The notes under the pieces are model-generated. The model saw only the letters and a list, made by a program, of their open reading frames with translations, searched no databases and had not been told where the DNA came from. A stretch of DNA of 64,000 nucleotides from an uncultured Planctomycetia bacterium (lineage in GTDB: Bacteria; Omnitrophota; Gorgyraeia; Duberdicusellales; 4484-171), in contig CAZVQU010000002.1 in NCBI GenBank assembly GCA_964629655.1, positions 76,643 through 140,642 on the forward strand. Reading direction: 5' to 3'. Of the stretch, positions 29,901-38,964 are shown piece after piece (positions within the stretch are counted from its first letter, which is position 1; every line of letters begins with the position of its first letter). A program made the position numbers and the translations under genes.

Positions 29901-30453
29901 ACTGTTGTTTGAGGTAATCAACTCCGGGATAGGTGAAGAGGTAATCGGTGGTTCGCATCCCATGGTAATCATTTCCCAGGTAAAAGAGTCTCATATTCCA
30001 GGAGAAATAAAGGTTATCTATGCTGTTCCGCAAGAATCCGATGTAGTACCAGAAAACGCTAATGCTGTTCATGCTATCTTAGGAACATTCTCTAAGGGAG
30101 AATCGCGTAGAATAGTTGATGAAATATTACAACTGGATAGGATTAAACAGGGAATCGAAGTAAGGCTTCCAGTTGTAGAAAACTTGATAGTAACCTCCGG
30201 CGAGACGAAGAAAGCCCAAACAGCAGCAAGTTCGGGGATAAATTCAGAAGCTTCCCGCACGATAACGGAGAAGGCTTCAAGGCCATGGCAAACAGGTGGT
30301 ATTGACCTACAAAGCACAGTGGCAAAAACAGCACCGGGTTCAACAAGTTTAAGTTTTAACCTAACTGACTTTGATTTAGCTAATTTTAGCGGTCTCAAAT
30401 TCAAAGTTACTAAGGTCGAACAGATAACCGTTGGAGAGCTAGACAGTTTCTAA
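26911..30453 (+). CDS. 1180-aa signal-peptide protein containing an archaeal-type (type II) GAPDH domain plus a second partial catalytic-domain copy
   Basis: Residues ~531-700 read IIINGYGVIGKKVAD ... VYQGGESPEVADAAFSLD ... VQIVSCNTTGMNRT (archaeal GAPDH SCNTT catalytic motif, Cys codon 28993-28995). Downstream segments VPKYHHGDD, HYHVHVATIK and IPGEIKVIYAVPQESDVVPEN repeat archaeal-GAPDH C-domain motifs a second time. The N-terminal ~500 aa have no recognisable domain. Confidence 0.6.
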   Translation: MLSKINNFFKSIICLLTLVSFLGTTTITTYAQSLRLPAPNQFIPLSNTYSLPILKGIKINPENPFDVEFIIDSADTDQIKKEEATRLIMYFLAALTIPKEDIWVNLSPYEQDRVVSGNLALTDLGKDLLSQDYVLKQLTASVTYPESKVGADFWAKTYKEVLEVARTTNLPINTFNKIWIMPDKSEVYENGNLGFITKASLKVMLEEDYLAMNNAKDQNQGLRGNSQALAKKINEASSKIMRQVVLPKINQDVNNGKNFATLRQVYNSIVLGLWFKEKFKESAYKHYINQNKIKGIDIKDKQAIEKIYTQYVEAFKQGLYDYIKPTYDPGSRKMLKRRYYSGGFTLASSTISTRKTLPQGVHSLAELVSGRPFKVNGKTLVETVENIWSEVDASKSQSPKAGSSSAISINDLKIAVNEQRLFYSLSDNRKFPRNSHGREAFYAAVLGDVGKKVVVTGKGLEVEMAKGDRFKRFLEKESYSVGDIGVEKIYQGEDNFFQMGYKIDGQELLLTFKRSTNPETDGYSVLVQPRMRIIINGYGVIGKKVADLLRKSGYEIIAAVNTGRLSADGKAKQLTHDAIYKGYPLFTAFGAEKYLTSAREAYLPYQGSITDLLEQLRKDGKTAIVVDASTGGKGDKETRTGWLNREQLYKPYDDVIKAVVYQGGESPEVADAAFSLDTADWSELNGLFGVQIVSCNTTGMNRTYSALRQALLEAGIDAKIVIDNNALRREGDPGAEKPGKTDEVQLNGSNTALSKQIETSLNIGGANVDTVTTSAKGFYVHIATLRSDLSIEELKERLFSDRAAYLERLDQDIPISHIQIIQDKSSKFETSNLYKQVFESSSHSPEEVMVVNVMPSDIPGEIKVVFGYSMDIKVPNKTDPAVYGINALFAPLRNRLDVYLDNLAYIPGGNLGSQLGGISVVPKYHHGDDLKQTFRDVDSAVLGAVNTPASMVPSTHYHVHVATIKSKGLTAPMVRGALKQHSRMALVDFPNGIFSSALLFEVINSGIGEEVIGGSHPMVIISQVKESHIPGEIKVIYAVPQESDVVPENANAVHAILGTFSKGESRRIVDEILQLDRIKQGIEVRLPVVENLIVTSGETKKAQTAASSGINSEASRTITEKASRPWQTGGIDLQSTVAKTAPGSTSLSFNLTDFDLANFSGLKFKVTKVEQITVGELDSF

Positions 30454-30634
30454 GCTGCAACTAAACAAAAAGGGGAAGAAGTTCTTTCAATAAGGAACTA
30501 ATATAGAGACAGGAAGCAGTTCTTGCTCCCTAATCGCCTACCGCAGAGTATATTATAACCGCTATCTTATATGATTTAACCTACAGGGTTGACAGACTCC
30601 CTAATAATTGTTATCCTATTTAAAAATATCAAAA

Positions 30635-31465
30635 ATGGAAAGAGTTCCAGTTGTAAGCGGACAATTTTATCCAGAGGACCCTTCAGGTTTGAAGGTAATG
30701 ATTGAGGATTTTAGACCTCAGGGTTCCTTACCGCTACAGGAGTCTTCCAAGAAAATGTCAGCCAAGGGAATAGTCCTGCCCCATGCCGGCTATGTTTATT
30801 CCGGCCGGGTAGCAGTAAATACGATAAGTAAAATTTTACCTAAAAAGCGGCTACTGATACTAGGACCAAACCATACTGGCCGAGGATCCCAGTTTAGTCT
30901 TTGGTCCAAGGGCTCTTGGAAAATCCTTGATAAAGCAATTAAGATTGATCAAGAATTAGCTACGGCCATTTTAAGCAAAGGAAAAAATATAGACGAAGAT
31001 ACCTCGGCCCATACCTTAGAACATTCTATTGAGGTAGAGCTGCCGATTCTCGATTATTTTTTTAGTGATTTTAAGTTTGTGCCGATAGCTTGTCAAAGAG
31101 GAGCTATCCTTGACTACCAGGAGGCTGCTAAAGGGATCTTTGAGGCGATAAAAAGTTTAGGGAATTCGGAAGATATTCTTTTAGTTGCATCAACTGACCT
31201 TACCCACTATGAGAGCGACCAAGTAGCAAGAAAAAAGGATCGACGGGCAATAGAGACAATTATTGATTTAGACGAAGAAGAGTTAGTTAAACGGGTCCGG
31301 AAAGAAGACATAACCCTCTGCGGAGAAGCACCATTGGCAATATTTATCTCTTGTCTTAAAAGGCTCGGTGCCAGAAAATCTCAGGTAGCGCTATATCAAA
31401 CCAGCGGCGATGTTATTGGAGATAAAAGCGCAGTGGTAGGTTATGTCGGCATAATTGTTAACTAA
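30635..31465 (+). CDS. MEMO1-family protein (AmmeMemoRadiSam system protein B)
   Basis: PVVSGQFYP, PHAGYVYSG and LGPNHTG motifs. The ORF could start at 30608. Confidence 0.7.
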   Translation: MERVPVVSGQFYPEDPSGLKVMIEDFRPQGSLPLQESSKKMSAKGIVLPHAGYVYSGRVAVNTISKILPKKRLLILGPNHTGRGSQFSLWSKGSWKILDKAIKIDQELATAILSKGKNIDEDTSAHTLEHSIEVELPILDYFFSDFKFVPIACQRGAILDYQEAAKGIFEAIKSLGNSEDILLVASTDLTHYESDQVARKKDRRAIETIIDLDEEELVKRVRKEDITLCGEAPLAIFISCLKRLGARKSQVALYQTSGDVIGDKSAVVGYVGIIVN

Positions 31466-31491
31466 ACTTACTAACTATTAGGAGGTGGATT

Positions 31492-31833
31492 TTGAACCAG
31501 GATTCAAAGAAAAAAGTAGACCAAGACTGGAAAGACCAAGTGGGCAAAGAAAAGGAAGCAGCCCAAAGTAAGGATCAGGCCTATCATCAACCCACTTTCA
31601 CTGTCTTTGTCTCTTCTCTGGGTATGCAAGCGATGATCGCCATGGGTAAGCTTGAAAACCCGGTAACAAAGAAAAAAGAAAAAAACTACGATCAGGCCCG
31701 TTTCTTGATCGATACTCTCGGGGTAATCCAAGAAAAAACAAAGGGTAATCTCGATGAGGAAGAGGATAAGGCTCTTCAAGAGTATCTCTTTAATTTACGG
31801 ATGCTGTACATTGGAGAAAAGAAAAGTGATTAG
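31492..31833 (+). CDS. DUF1844-like protein
   Basis: PTFTVFVSSLGMQAMIAMG...NPVT...IDTLGVIQEKTKGNL matches the DUF1844 pattern. GGAGGTG RBS. Confidence 0.55.
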   Translation: MNQDSKKKVDQDWKDQVGKEKEAAQSKDQAYHQPTFTVFVSSLGMQAMIAMGKLENPVTKKKEKNYDQARFLIDTLGVIQEKTKGNLDEEEDKALQEYLFNLRMLYIGEKKSD

Positions 31834-31996
31834 TAAAGAACTTCTGGAAATTATTGCTTGCCCGGAATGCAAGAAAGATGTAATCTTAAAAGAGAGGAAA
31901 ATAGTCTGCACCGGCTGCGGCCGGCGATACCCGATAAAAAACAACATACCTATAATGATGGTAGAGGAGGCAGAATTAAATGGCGATGTTAAGTAA
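31826..31996 (+). CDS. Trm112-family small zinc-ribbon protein
   Basis: LLEIIACPECK...CTGCGRRYPI. GTG start chosen. The ORF-track version starts at 31754, inside the previous gene. Confidence 0.5.
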   Translation: MISKELLEIIACPECKKDVILKERKIVCTGCGRRYPIKNNIPIMMVEEAELNGDVK

Positions 31997-32438
31997 AATT
32001 CTAGTTATCCATGGGCCTAATTTACACCTTTTAGGAAAACGGGAGCCTGAAATCTACGGAAATTTCACCCTGCACCAGATTGATGAAGAGCTAAAGCTTA
32101 AAGCTTCGCAGAAAACTATAACAATTGAGGCTTTTCAATCTAACTCTGAAGGGGAGATAGTGGAAAGAATCACCGATACTGAGTATGATCTTTTAATCAT
32201 AAACCCTGCTGCCTACACCCACACCTCTGTGGCTATACGTGATGCCCTCCTAGGGGTAAATAAGCCAACTATAGAGGTACATCTTTCTAATATTTACAAG
32301 CGCGAAGAATTCCGCAAGAAATCTCTAATCAGCGATTTAGTGTTAGGGGTTATTGCTGGTTTTGGTAAGGAGAGTTATCTTCTGGCCTTTGACGCGGCAA
32401 TCGCCTTCTTTAGGGATAAATCTTCGGAAGCAAAGTGA
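31980..32438 (+). CDS. aroQ: 3-dehydroquinate dehydratase, type II
   Basis: ILVIHGPNLHLLGKREPEIYG and HLSNI motifs. Confidence 0.85.
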   Translation: MAMLSKILVIHGPNLHLLGKREPEIYGNFTLHQIDEELKLKASQKTITIEAFQSNSEGEIVERITDTEYDLLIINPAAYTHTSVAIRDALLGVNKPTIEVHLSNIYKREEFRKKSLISDLVLGVIAGFGKESYLLAFDAAIAFFRDKSSEAK

Positions 32439-33499
32439 AGACAAGAATTCGCAATTGTACAAAAAAGCTTAAAGAGCTTAATCTCGACTCCATCCTAATT
32501 ACTGAGGCAGTTAATATTGCTTACCTTACCGGCTTCTCGGCTGTCAATGGCTATCTGCTTCTAACTCAGGACGAAAGACTAGTCTACTTTACTAATTTCT
32601 TGTACCAGGAGGCTGCCAAGAGAATAAAGGGCTGGGAATTGGTCATAAGCAGCAGTAAGGATAATATCTTTACCCTTATCGCTGAGAAAATTAAGGAATT
32701 AGACTTAAGCACCCTCGGTTTTGAAGCTAAGAAGCTCCCTCTCTTAGAGTATAAAACCATAAACGGTTACCTATCTGCAGCAGCAATTGACTTTATTGAA
32801 ACTAAAGATTTAATCGAAGCGGTCAGGATGGTTAAGGATAAACAGGAGATATCCTGTATCAGGAAGGCGATTGAAGTAAGTAAAGAGGCCTTTGAATTTA
32901 CTAAAGAAATTTTTAATCCTGGGATGAGCGAAAAAGACTTAAGCATTGAAATCGAAAGGTTCCTGCGTCTTAAGGGTAACGGGGAGCTAGCCTTCCCAAG
33001 CATAGTTGCCTCTGGAGAAAATACGGTTTTTCCCCATCATCAACCCGGAGATAAAAAAATAAGTAATGAAATTCTCCTAATTGACTTGGGCTCAAAATAT
33101 TGTGGATATTGCGCTGACTTGACAAGGGTGTTTTTCTGGGGTAGAATGCCTCTTCTTTTAAGGAAAATATACGACACGATAAGGAAAGCTCAAGAGCTAA
33201 GCATAAGGAAAATACGCGATGGCATCAAGGCTTCTGAGGTAGATAAGGTGGCTCGTAAGATCATTGACAAAAAAGGCTGGGGTAAGTATTTTGGCCATGG
33301 TTTAGGCCATGGAGTCGGCCTTTGTGTCCATGAACCTCCGATAATCGGACCGAATTGCGACCAAGCCTTAAAAGAAGGAATGGTTGTAACCATAGAGCCG
33401 GCTATATACTTTAAGAATAAATTCGGGATACGTCTAGAGGAGATGATCCTGGTAGGAAAAAAAGGGGGAGAGGTCTTAAGTGGGAATTTCCATCGGTGA
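32435..33499 (+). CDS. pepP: Xaa-Pro aminopeptidase (M24B)
   Basis: HGLGHGVGLCVHEPP and a creatinase-like N-domain. Confidence 0.8.
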   Translation: MKTRIRNCTKKLKELNLDSILITEAVNIAYLTGFSAVNGYLLLTQDERLVYFTNFLYQEAAKRIKGWELVISSSKDNIFTLIAEKIKELDLSTLGFEAKKLPLLEYKTINGYLSAAAIDFIETKDLIEAVRMVKDKQEISCIRKAIEVSKEAFEFTKEIFNPGMSEKDLSIEIERFLRLKGNGELAFPSIVASGENTVFPHHQPGDKKISNEILLIDLGSKYCGYCADLTRVFFWGRMPLLLRKIYDTIRKAQELSIRKIRDGIKASEVDKVARKIIDKKGWGKYFGHGLGHGVGLCVHEPPIIGPNCDQALKEGMVVTIEPAIYFKNKFGIRLEEMILVGKKGGEVLSGNFHR

Positions 33500-34040
33500 G
33501 TTGAAACCGGCAATGGCCATCATTTATAACGGGGAACTATACAGCATCCTTGATTGTGAACACGCAAAGTTAGGAAGAGGTTCGGCTTTTTGTCGGGTTA
33601 GGATCAAGAATTTAAAAACTGGTCAGATTCGCGATTGTACCTTGCGGGATTCTGATAATGTTCAAATAGCTTTTATCGAAAAGAGGAAATTGCAATATCT
33701 CTATGCCTCGGATATTCATTACCACTTTCTGGATTTGGAAACTTACGAAGACTTGGTCTTAGATGAGTCTCAGATAAGCGATAAAACAGACTGGCTCAAG
33801 GATAATCTTGAATTAACTGGTCTTTATTACGAGAGTGAGCTGATTGATCTGGAGATACCATTATCTCTGGAATTAAAGGTAGTTGAAACTATGCCCGGAT
33901 ACCGAGGTAATACTGTAAAAGCAGGAACTAAAACTGCAAAGCTTGAAACTGGCTTAGTCATTACTGTTCCGCTTTTCATCAACAACGGAGATATCCTAAA
34001 GGTTGATACCCGAACTCGAGAATACTTGGGAAGAAAATAA
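33480..34040 (+). CDS. efp: Elongation factor P
   Basis: GELKPAMAIIYNGELY ... CRVRIKNLKTGQ ... KVDTRTREYLGR. GTG start. Confidence 0.85.
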   Translation: MGISIGELKPAMAIIYNGELYSILDCEHAKLGRGSAFCRVRIKNLKTGQIRDCTLRDSDNVQIAFIEKRKLQYLYASDIHYHFLDLETYEDLVLDESQISDKTDWLKDNLELTGLYYESELIDLEIPLSLELKVVETMPGYRGNTVKAGTKTAKLETGLVITVPLFINNGDILKVDTRTREYLGRK

Positions 34041-34055
34041 TTTAGGAGGGTTTTT

Positions 34056-34487
34056 ATGGAAACAAAAAAGCTAAAAGAGTTCATTAAATTCATGGAGGAT
34101 AATAACCTCAATGAGCTGGAAGTCGAAGAAGGCGGAAAACGAATTCGCTTAAAGAAGAATTCTTCTGATCAACCAGTGGTTATCTCTCAAGCACCCTCTC
34201 AAGCCCAAACTCCAGCAGCGTCGGAGAGTGAACCAAGTGATTCAAACACCCTAGAGATAAAATCACCTATGGTCGGAACTTTCTACGCAGCGCCGGGACC
34301 GGGAGCAAAACCTTATGTTGAAATAGGCACAGCTGTAAAGCCTGGCGACATAGTCTGCATTGTTGAGGCTATGAAGCTGATGAACGAGATTAAGGCTGAA
34401 GTCAGTGGCAGGGTTGTTCAGATTTTAGTTGAAAATGGTGGTCCAATAGAGTTTGGCCAGATCCTATTTGTTGTTGAACCAGCATAA
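34056..34487 (+). CDS. accB: Acetyl-CoA carboxylase biotin carboxyl carrier protein
   Basis: EAMKLMNEI biotinylation motif. AGGAGG RBS. Confidence 0.85.
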   Translation: METKKLKEFIKFMEDNNLNELEVEEGGKRIRLKKNSSDQPVVISQAPSQAQTPAASESEPSDSNTLEIKSPMVGTFYAAPGPGAKPYVEIGTAVKPGDIVCIVEAMKLMNEIKAEVSGRVVQILVENGGPIEFGQILFVVEPA

Positions 34488-34501
34488 GCTTAAGCAAAAA
34501 T

Positions 34502-35854
34502 ATGTTTTCCAAAGTTTTAGTTGCCAATCGTGGAGAAATAGCTATCCGGATAATCCGGGCCTGCAAAGACTTAGGCCTTAAGACCGTAGCTGTCTACTCC
34601 GAAGCTGATAAAAATTCCCTGCATTTAGAATTTGCTGATGAGGCTATTTGCATCGGAAAACCCACATCAACTGATAGTTACCTTAATATCTCCCGCCTAA
34701 TTAGCGCAGCTGAAGTTACTGATTGTGATGCTATTCATCCTGGCTATGGCTTTTTAGCTGAAAATCCCGATTTCGCTGAAGTTTGCGAATCCTGCGGCAT
34801 AAAATTTATTGGTCCGACTGCTGAGAATATCCGTCTCATGGGCGATAAGGTCCAGGCAAAAAGAAGTATGCGCAAGGCAAACATCCCCTTAATTCCGGGA
34901 AGCGAAGGCGGAATCAAGAATAAAGAAGAAGCTTTAGAGTTAGCCAGAAAGATGGGCTACCCTGTAATTTTAAAAGCTAAGGCTGGCGGAGGAGGAAAAG
35001 GCATGCGCATTTGTCATAGCGACGTCAGGCTAGTTGGTGCTCTGATGACCGCCCAATCCGAAGCTGAAGCTGCTTTTGGTGATTCAGAAATTTATATGGA
35101 AAAATTTCTTGAAAACCCCAGGCATATCGAAGTTCAAATTGTTGCTGATAACCATGGTAATGCAATTTATCTCGGAGAAAGAGATTGCAGTATTCAGAGA
35201 AGGCATCAAAAAGTTATTGAAGAAACTCCATCACCAGCCGTAGATAGCCGTTTAAGGAAAAAACTAGGTGAGTTGTGTCTCCGAGGCGTAAAGGCTATAA
35301 ATTATCAGAACGTTGGTACAATAGAATTTTTACTTGACGATGATGGTAATTTTTACTTTATGGAGATGAATACAAGAATCCAGGTAGAACATCCGATAAC
35401 CGAAGAAGTAACCGGCATAGATCTAGTTAAATTACAGATACTTCTTGCCGCCGGTGAAAAATTAAAGATAAAACAGGATGATGTTCGAATAAAAGGCTCG
35501 GCAATTGAATGCCGGATTAATGCTGAGGATCCTGATAAAGGCTTTATGCCTTCTCCAGGAGCAATAAATTTTTGCTATACTCCCGGCGGTAAAGACGTTC
35601 GAATCGATACCCATATATACTCCGGGTATCATATCCCGCCTTATTACGATTCCCTTATTGCCAAGGTAATAACTAAAGGCAAAAACCGTTCTGAAGCCTT
35701 AAAAAATATGGATAGAGCCTTAGGAGAATTTTTAATTGAGCCGATAAAGACAACTGTCGGCTTTTGTAAGGAAGTAATTAATAATCCTGACTTTAAGAGA
35801 GGGAAATACCATACCGGATTCTTAGAAAAGTTTTTAGGGAATCAAAGCGAATAA
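34502..35854 (+). CDS. accC: Biotin carboxylase
   Basis: ATP-grasp domain, GGGGKGMR and [11 protein letters not shown]. Confidence 0.9.
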   Translation: MFSKVLVANRGEIAIRIIRACKDLGLKTVAVYSEADKNSLHLEFADEAICIGKPTSTDSYLNISRLISAAEVTDCDAIHPGYGFLAENPDFAEVCESCGIKFIGPTAENIRLMGDKVQAKRSMRKANIPLIPGSEGGIKNKEEALELARKMGYPVILKAKAGGGGKGMRICHSDVRLVGALMTAQSEAEAAFGDSEIYMEKFLENPRHIEVQIVADNHGNAIYLGERDCSIQRRHQKVIEETPSPAVDSRLRKKLGELCLRGVKAINYQNVGTIEFLLDDDGNFYFMEMNTRIQVEHPITEEVTGIDLVKLQILLAAGEKLKIKQDDVRIKGSAIECRINAEDPDKGFMPSPGAINFCYTPGGKDVRIDTHIYSGYHIPPYYDSLIAKVITKGKNRSEALKNMDRALGEFLIEPIKTTVGFCKEVINNPDFKRGKYHTGFLEKFLGNQSE

Positions 35855-35867
35855 AAAGGAGGTTATA

Positions 35868-36446
35868 ATGGGTTTTTTAACAGTATTGATCTATATTATC
35901 TTATCCCTTACCACCGGCTTAATCCTCGCTGGCTTATCTTTAAACATTATTACTGTAGATACAATTGCCGCTTGTTTGGATGGAATTCCAGCAGATTTCC
36001 CTTTAAGATGGGTTTCTCTCCTGGTAGGTCTGCTTCTGATACTCCTTTGCTTACGTTATGTACAAGCATCTTTCCGACACTTAAGAAAGGATAAGTCGAT
36101 AACCTTTGAGTCTGAGGAGGGAAAAGTAAGCATAACCTTAGTTGCCATTGAGGAAATGCTAAGAAAAATGTTAGAGGCCAAGACCGAAGTCTCAAGGATA
36201 AGGCCCAAAGTTCTCTTAAAAAAGAAAGGCATTGAAGTAGTTGCCCGCGGTGTATTAACTACTGAAGTAAATTTAGTTGAATTTACTAAAGAGATACAGG
36301 AACAAATCAGAGAAAAAGTACATGCTCTCTTGGGAGAGGATAAACAGGTTCAGGTTAATTTAGAAATTAGAAAGATTGCCTTAAGCAAGAAAGACTTAAT
36401 GGCCGAAGACAAAGAACCTGAGATACCTTTTAGAAATTACGAATAA
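35868..36446 (+). CDS. Membrane-anchored Asp23/Gls24-like (AmaP-like) protein
   Basis: Two N-terminal TM helices and an Asp23-like C-region. AAGGAGG RBS. Confidence 0.4.
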   Translation: MGFLTVLIYIILSLTTGLILAGLSLNIITVDTIAACLDGIPADFPLRWVSLLVGLLLILLCLRYVQASFRHLRKDKSITFESEEGKVSITLVAIEEMLRKMLEAKTEVSRIRPKVLLKKKGIEVVARGVLTTEVNLVEFTKEIQEQIREKVHALLGEDKQVQVNLEIRKIALSKKDLMAEDKEPEIPFRNYE

Positions 36447-36479
36447 ACTAAAAACCTAACAAACTACGGGAGGCAAACG

Positions 36480-37505
36480 ATGAAAATTGGTATTCTTACT
36501 GGTGGAGGAGATTGTCCGGGTCTAAATCCGGTTATCCGAGCAGTAGTCAGAAAAACTATACTTGATGGCAAAGAAGTTATCGGCTTACGCTACGGATGGA
36601 AAGGCCTGATAGAAAAAGATACTGTACCCTTAGATATACGCTCGGTATCAGGAATCCTTCATAGAGGGGGAACTATCCTCGGTACATCTCGCACCAATCC
36701 TTACAAAAAAGAAGGCGATTCTAAAAAGGCTATGGCGAATTTTAAAGAACTCGGCTTGGATGCCTTGATTGCCATAGGAGGAGAAGACACCTTAGGCGCA
36801 GCAACAAAGCTCTTCAAGGAAGGCTTAAATATTGTAGGGGTCCCGAAAACGATAGACAATGATCTTGGCGCAACCGATTTTACATTTGGTTTTGACACCG
36901 CAGTAAATATTGTAACTGACTGTCTTGATCGGTTACACACCACTGCTGAATCCCATAACCGAATTATGGTAGTTGAAGTTATGGGTCGTCACGCCGGCTG
37001 GATTGCGGCGTATTCGGGGATAGCCGGAGGGGCCGACTACATACTTATCCCCGAGACTCCGATTGACATTGAAGAAGTATGCCAATCGATAAAAAAGCGC
37101 CACGAGAGAGGTAAAGACTTTAGTATTGTTGTGGTAGCTGAAGGTGCTTTTTTCAAAAATGAAAATGTAGCCCTTCAAGAAAAAAAGCTGGATGCCTTTG
37201 GCCATGTAAGATTAGGCGGGATCGGCCACACCCTAGGTGAAATGGTTGAGAAAAAAACCGGGTACGAGACAAGAGTAACAGTCCTCGGACACATTCAAAG
37301 AGGTGGTTCACCGTCAGCATTTGACAGGGTCTTGGGAACAAGGTTCGGTGTAAAAGCCTATGAACTGGTGAGAGATGGCAAATTCGGAAGAATGGCTAGT
37401 TTAAAAGGAGATAAAATTGTCGATGTTCCTTTGGAAGAAGCAATCGCGGAATTAAAGACTCTCGACATGGAACTCTATGATATTGCAAAAATATTCTTTG
37501 GCTAA
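36480..37505 (+). CDS. pfp: 6-phosphofructokinase, PPi-dependent-type signature
   Basis: GGGDCPGLN. IGGEDTLGA and PKTIDND carry Asp and Lys at the E. coli Gly104/Gly124 positions, the known PPi-PFK discriminators. Confidence 0.7.
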   Translation: MKIGILTGGGDCPGLNPVIRAVVRKTILDGKEVIGLRYGWKGLIEKDTVPLDIRSVSGILHRGGTILGTSRTNPYKKEGDSKKAMANFKELGLDALIAIGGEDTLGAATKLFKEGLNIVGVPKTIDNDLGATDFTFGFDTAVNIVTDCLDRLHTTAESHNRIMVVEVMGRHAGWIAAYSGIAGGADYILIPETPIDIEEVCQSIKKRHERGKDFSIVVVAEGAFFKNENVALQEKKLDAFGHVRLGGIGHTLGEMVEKKTGYETRVTVLGHIQRGGSPSAFDRVLGTRFGVKAYELVRDGKFGRMASLKGDKIVDVPLEEAIAELKTLDMELYDIAKIFFG

Positions 37506-37519
37506 AAAAAGTTTATCTT

Positions 37520-38092
37520 ATGGAAAAAAATATCAAAACAGCTCTAGAAAAGCACACCGAAGCCTTAAAGCTTCTTGAGAAGCAAAGCCCAACCATTGCC
37601 AAAATTGCTCTTTTGTTTAACCAGAGCCTGGAAGCTGGAGGCAAAATTATCTTTATCGGTAACGGCGGTAGCGCTGCCGATGCCCAACACCTAGCAGCAG
37701 AATTAGTAGGTCGGTTTAAAAAGAACCGAAAAGCCTTAGCTGCAATTGCTCTTACTACTAACACTTCTATTCTTACTGCCCTAGGCAATGACTTCGGATT
37801 TGATCAAGTATTCTCTCGACAAGTTGAGTCTTTAGCTAAAAAAGAAGACCTTTTAGTTGGAATATCTACATCAGGAAAGTCGAACAACATCATAAAAGCT
37901 ATCAAAAAAGCTAAAGATATCGGATTAAAAGTCGTTGGATTCTTAGGCAAAGATGGCGGAGATATGAAAAGTCTCGTTGACATTAATTTGACTATTTCTC
38001 TGGATAATACGCCAAGCATACAAGAAATGCATATACTTGCCGGTCATATTATTTGCGGAATAGTCGAAAATAACTTTAGCAATGATGGGTAA
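37520..38092 (+). CDS. gmhA: D-sedoheptulose-7-phosphate isomerase (SIS domain)
   Basis: GNGGSAADAQHLAAELVGRF. Confidence 0.8.
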   Translation: MEKNIKTALEKHTEALKLLEKQSPTIAKIALLFNQSLEAGGKIIFIGNGGSAADAQHLAAELVGRFKKNRKALAAIALTTNTSILTALGNDFGFDQVFSRQVESLAKKEDLLVGISTSGKSNNIIKAIKKAKDIGLKVVGFLGKDGGDMKSLVDINLTISLDNTPSIQEMHILAGHIICGIVENNFSNDG

Positions 38093-38546
38093 GATTAAGA
38101 ACCTCAAGGGTTTAGAGACTGTAATCTCCAGGCTAAAACGTAAAGGCAAAAAAATAGTCTTTACTAACGGCTGTTTTGACATCCTTCACTTAGGACATTT
38201 AAAAATTCTTAGCGAAGCTAAACGAAGAGGAGATGTATTAATCGTAGGGCTAAACTCTGACTCCTCGATACAAAAAATAAAAGGTTTGAAACGTCCTATT
38301 CTTGCCCAGAAGACTCGGGCAAAGCTTCTGGCAAACATGATTCAAGTAGACTACGTAGTCATATTTAGCGAAGCCACTCCCTACAATTTAATTAAAAAAA
38401 TTAAGCCCGACATTTTAGTCAAGGGTGGCGATTGGAAAAAAGACAAAATCGTAGGAAAAAAGCTAGTTAAAAAGGTTTATCGCGTAAAACTCTGTTCGGG
38501 ACATTCTACTACCCGCATAATCAATAAAATAAAAAAAAGTGGTTGA
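38082..38546 (+). CDS. D-glycero-beta-D-manno-heptose-1-phosphate adenylyltransferase (HldE domain II / RfaE2)
   Basis: FTNGCFDILHLGHLKIL cytidylyltransferase motif. Confidence 0.8.
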   Translation: MMGKIKNLKGLETVISRLKRKGKKIVFTNGCFDILHLGHLKILSEAKRRGDVLIVGLNSDSSIQKIKGLKRPILAQKTRAKLLANMIQVDYVVIFSEATPYNLIKKIKPDILVKGGDWKKDKIVGKKLVKKVYRVKLCSGHSTTRIINKIKKSG

Positions 38547-38964
38547 TAAAGGAGTGCTCCGCGTTATTGACGCCAACTTTAACCGTTGCAAGGAAGGCTT
38601 GCGGGTTATCGAGGACATATTTCGTTTTATCCTAAAACACGACAGTTTGCGAAAAATTCTGCGTAAGCTGCGCCACAGCCTAGATGAAATAGCTCAAGAA
38701 GAAATCCTTAAAAAAGCGATTTTAAGCCGTAACTCCAAAAAAGACCTCGGTAAGGAGTGCGATAGCCTAGAGTTAAAGCGCAAAAACGTAAATAGCCTCC
38801 TTTATGCTAATTTTCAGAGAGTTAAGGAATCCTTAAGAGTGCTTGAAGAGTTCTTTAAGCTAATTCTCCCCCAACGTGTGCCAAAAATTAAAGAAATACG
38901 GTATGAAATCTATGAACTTGAAAAGAAAATCCTCAAAAAATGGCCTCCTTTACGTAATCCTTGA
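38539..38964 (+). CDS. Hypothetical protein, possible ThiE-associated N-terminal domain
   Basis: GTG start. RVIDANFNRCKEGLRVIEDIFRF. It overlaps the following thiE in a different frame. Confidence 0.4.
   Translation: MVDKGVLRVIDANFNRCKEGLRVIEDIFRFILKHDSLRKILRKLRHSLDEIAQEEILKKAILSRNSKKDLGKECDSLELKRKNVNSLLYANFQRVKESLRVLEEFFKLILPQRVPKIKEIRYEIYELEKKILKKWPPLRNP

Noticed and set aside
28795-30404. Several 60-150-aa minus-strand ORFs inside the 1180-aa gene
   Set aside because: The sense frame carries continuous GAPDH homology. The antisense ORFs have no support.
38500-38560. Looked for a TPP riboswitch ahead of the thiE-thiC unit
   Set aside because: No CUGAGA/ACCCUG-type core is visible, and the region is coding (hldE domain overlaps).
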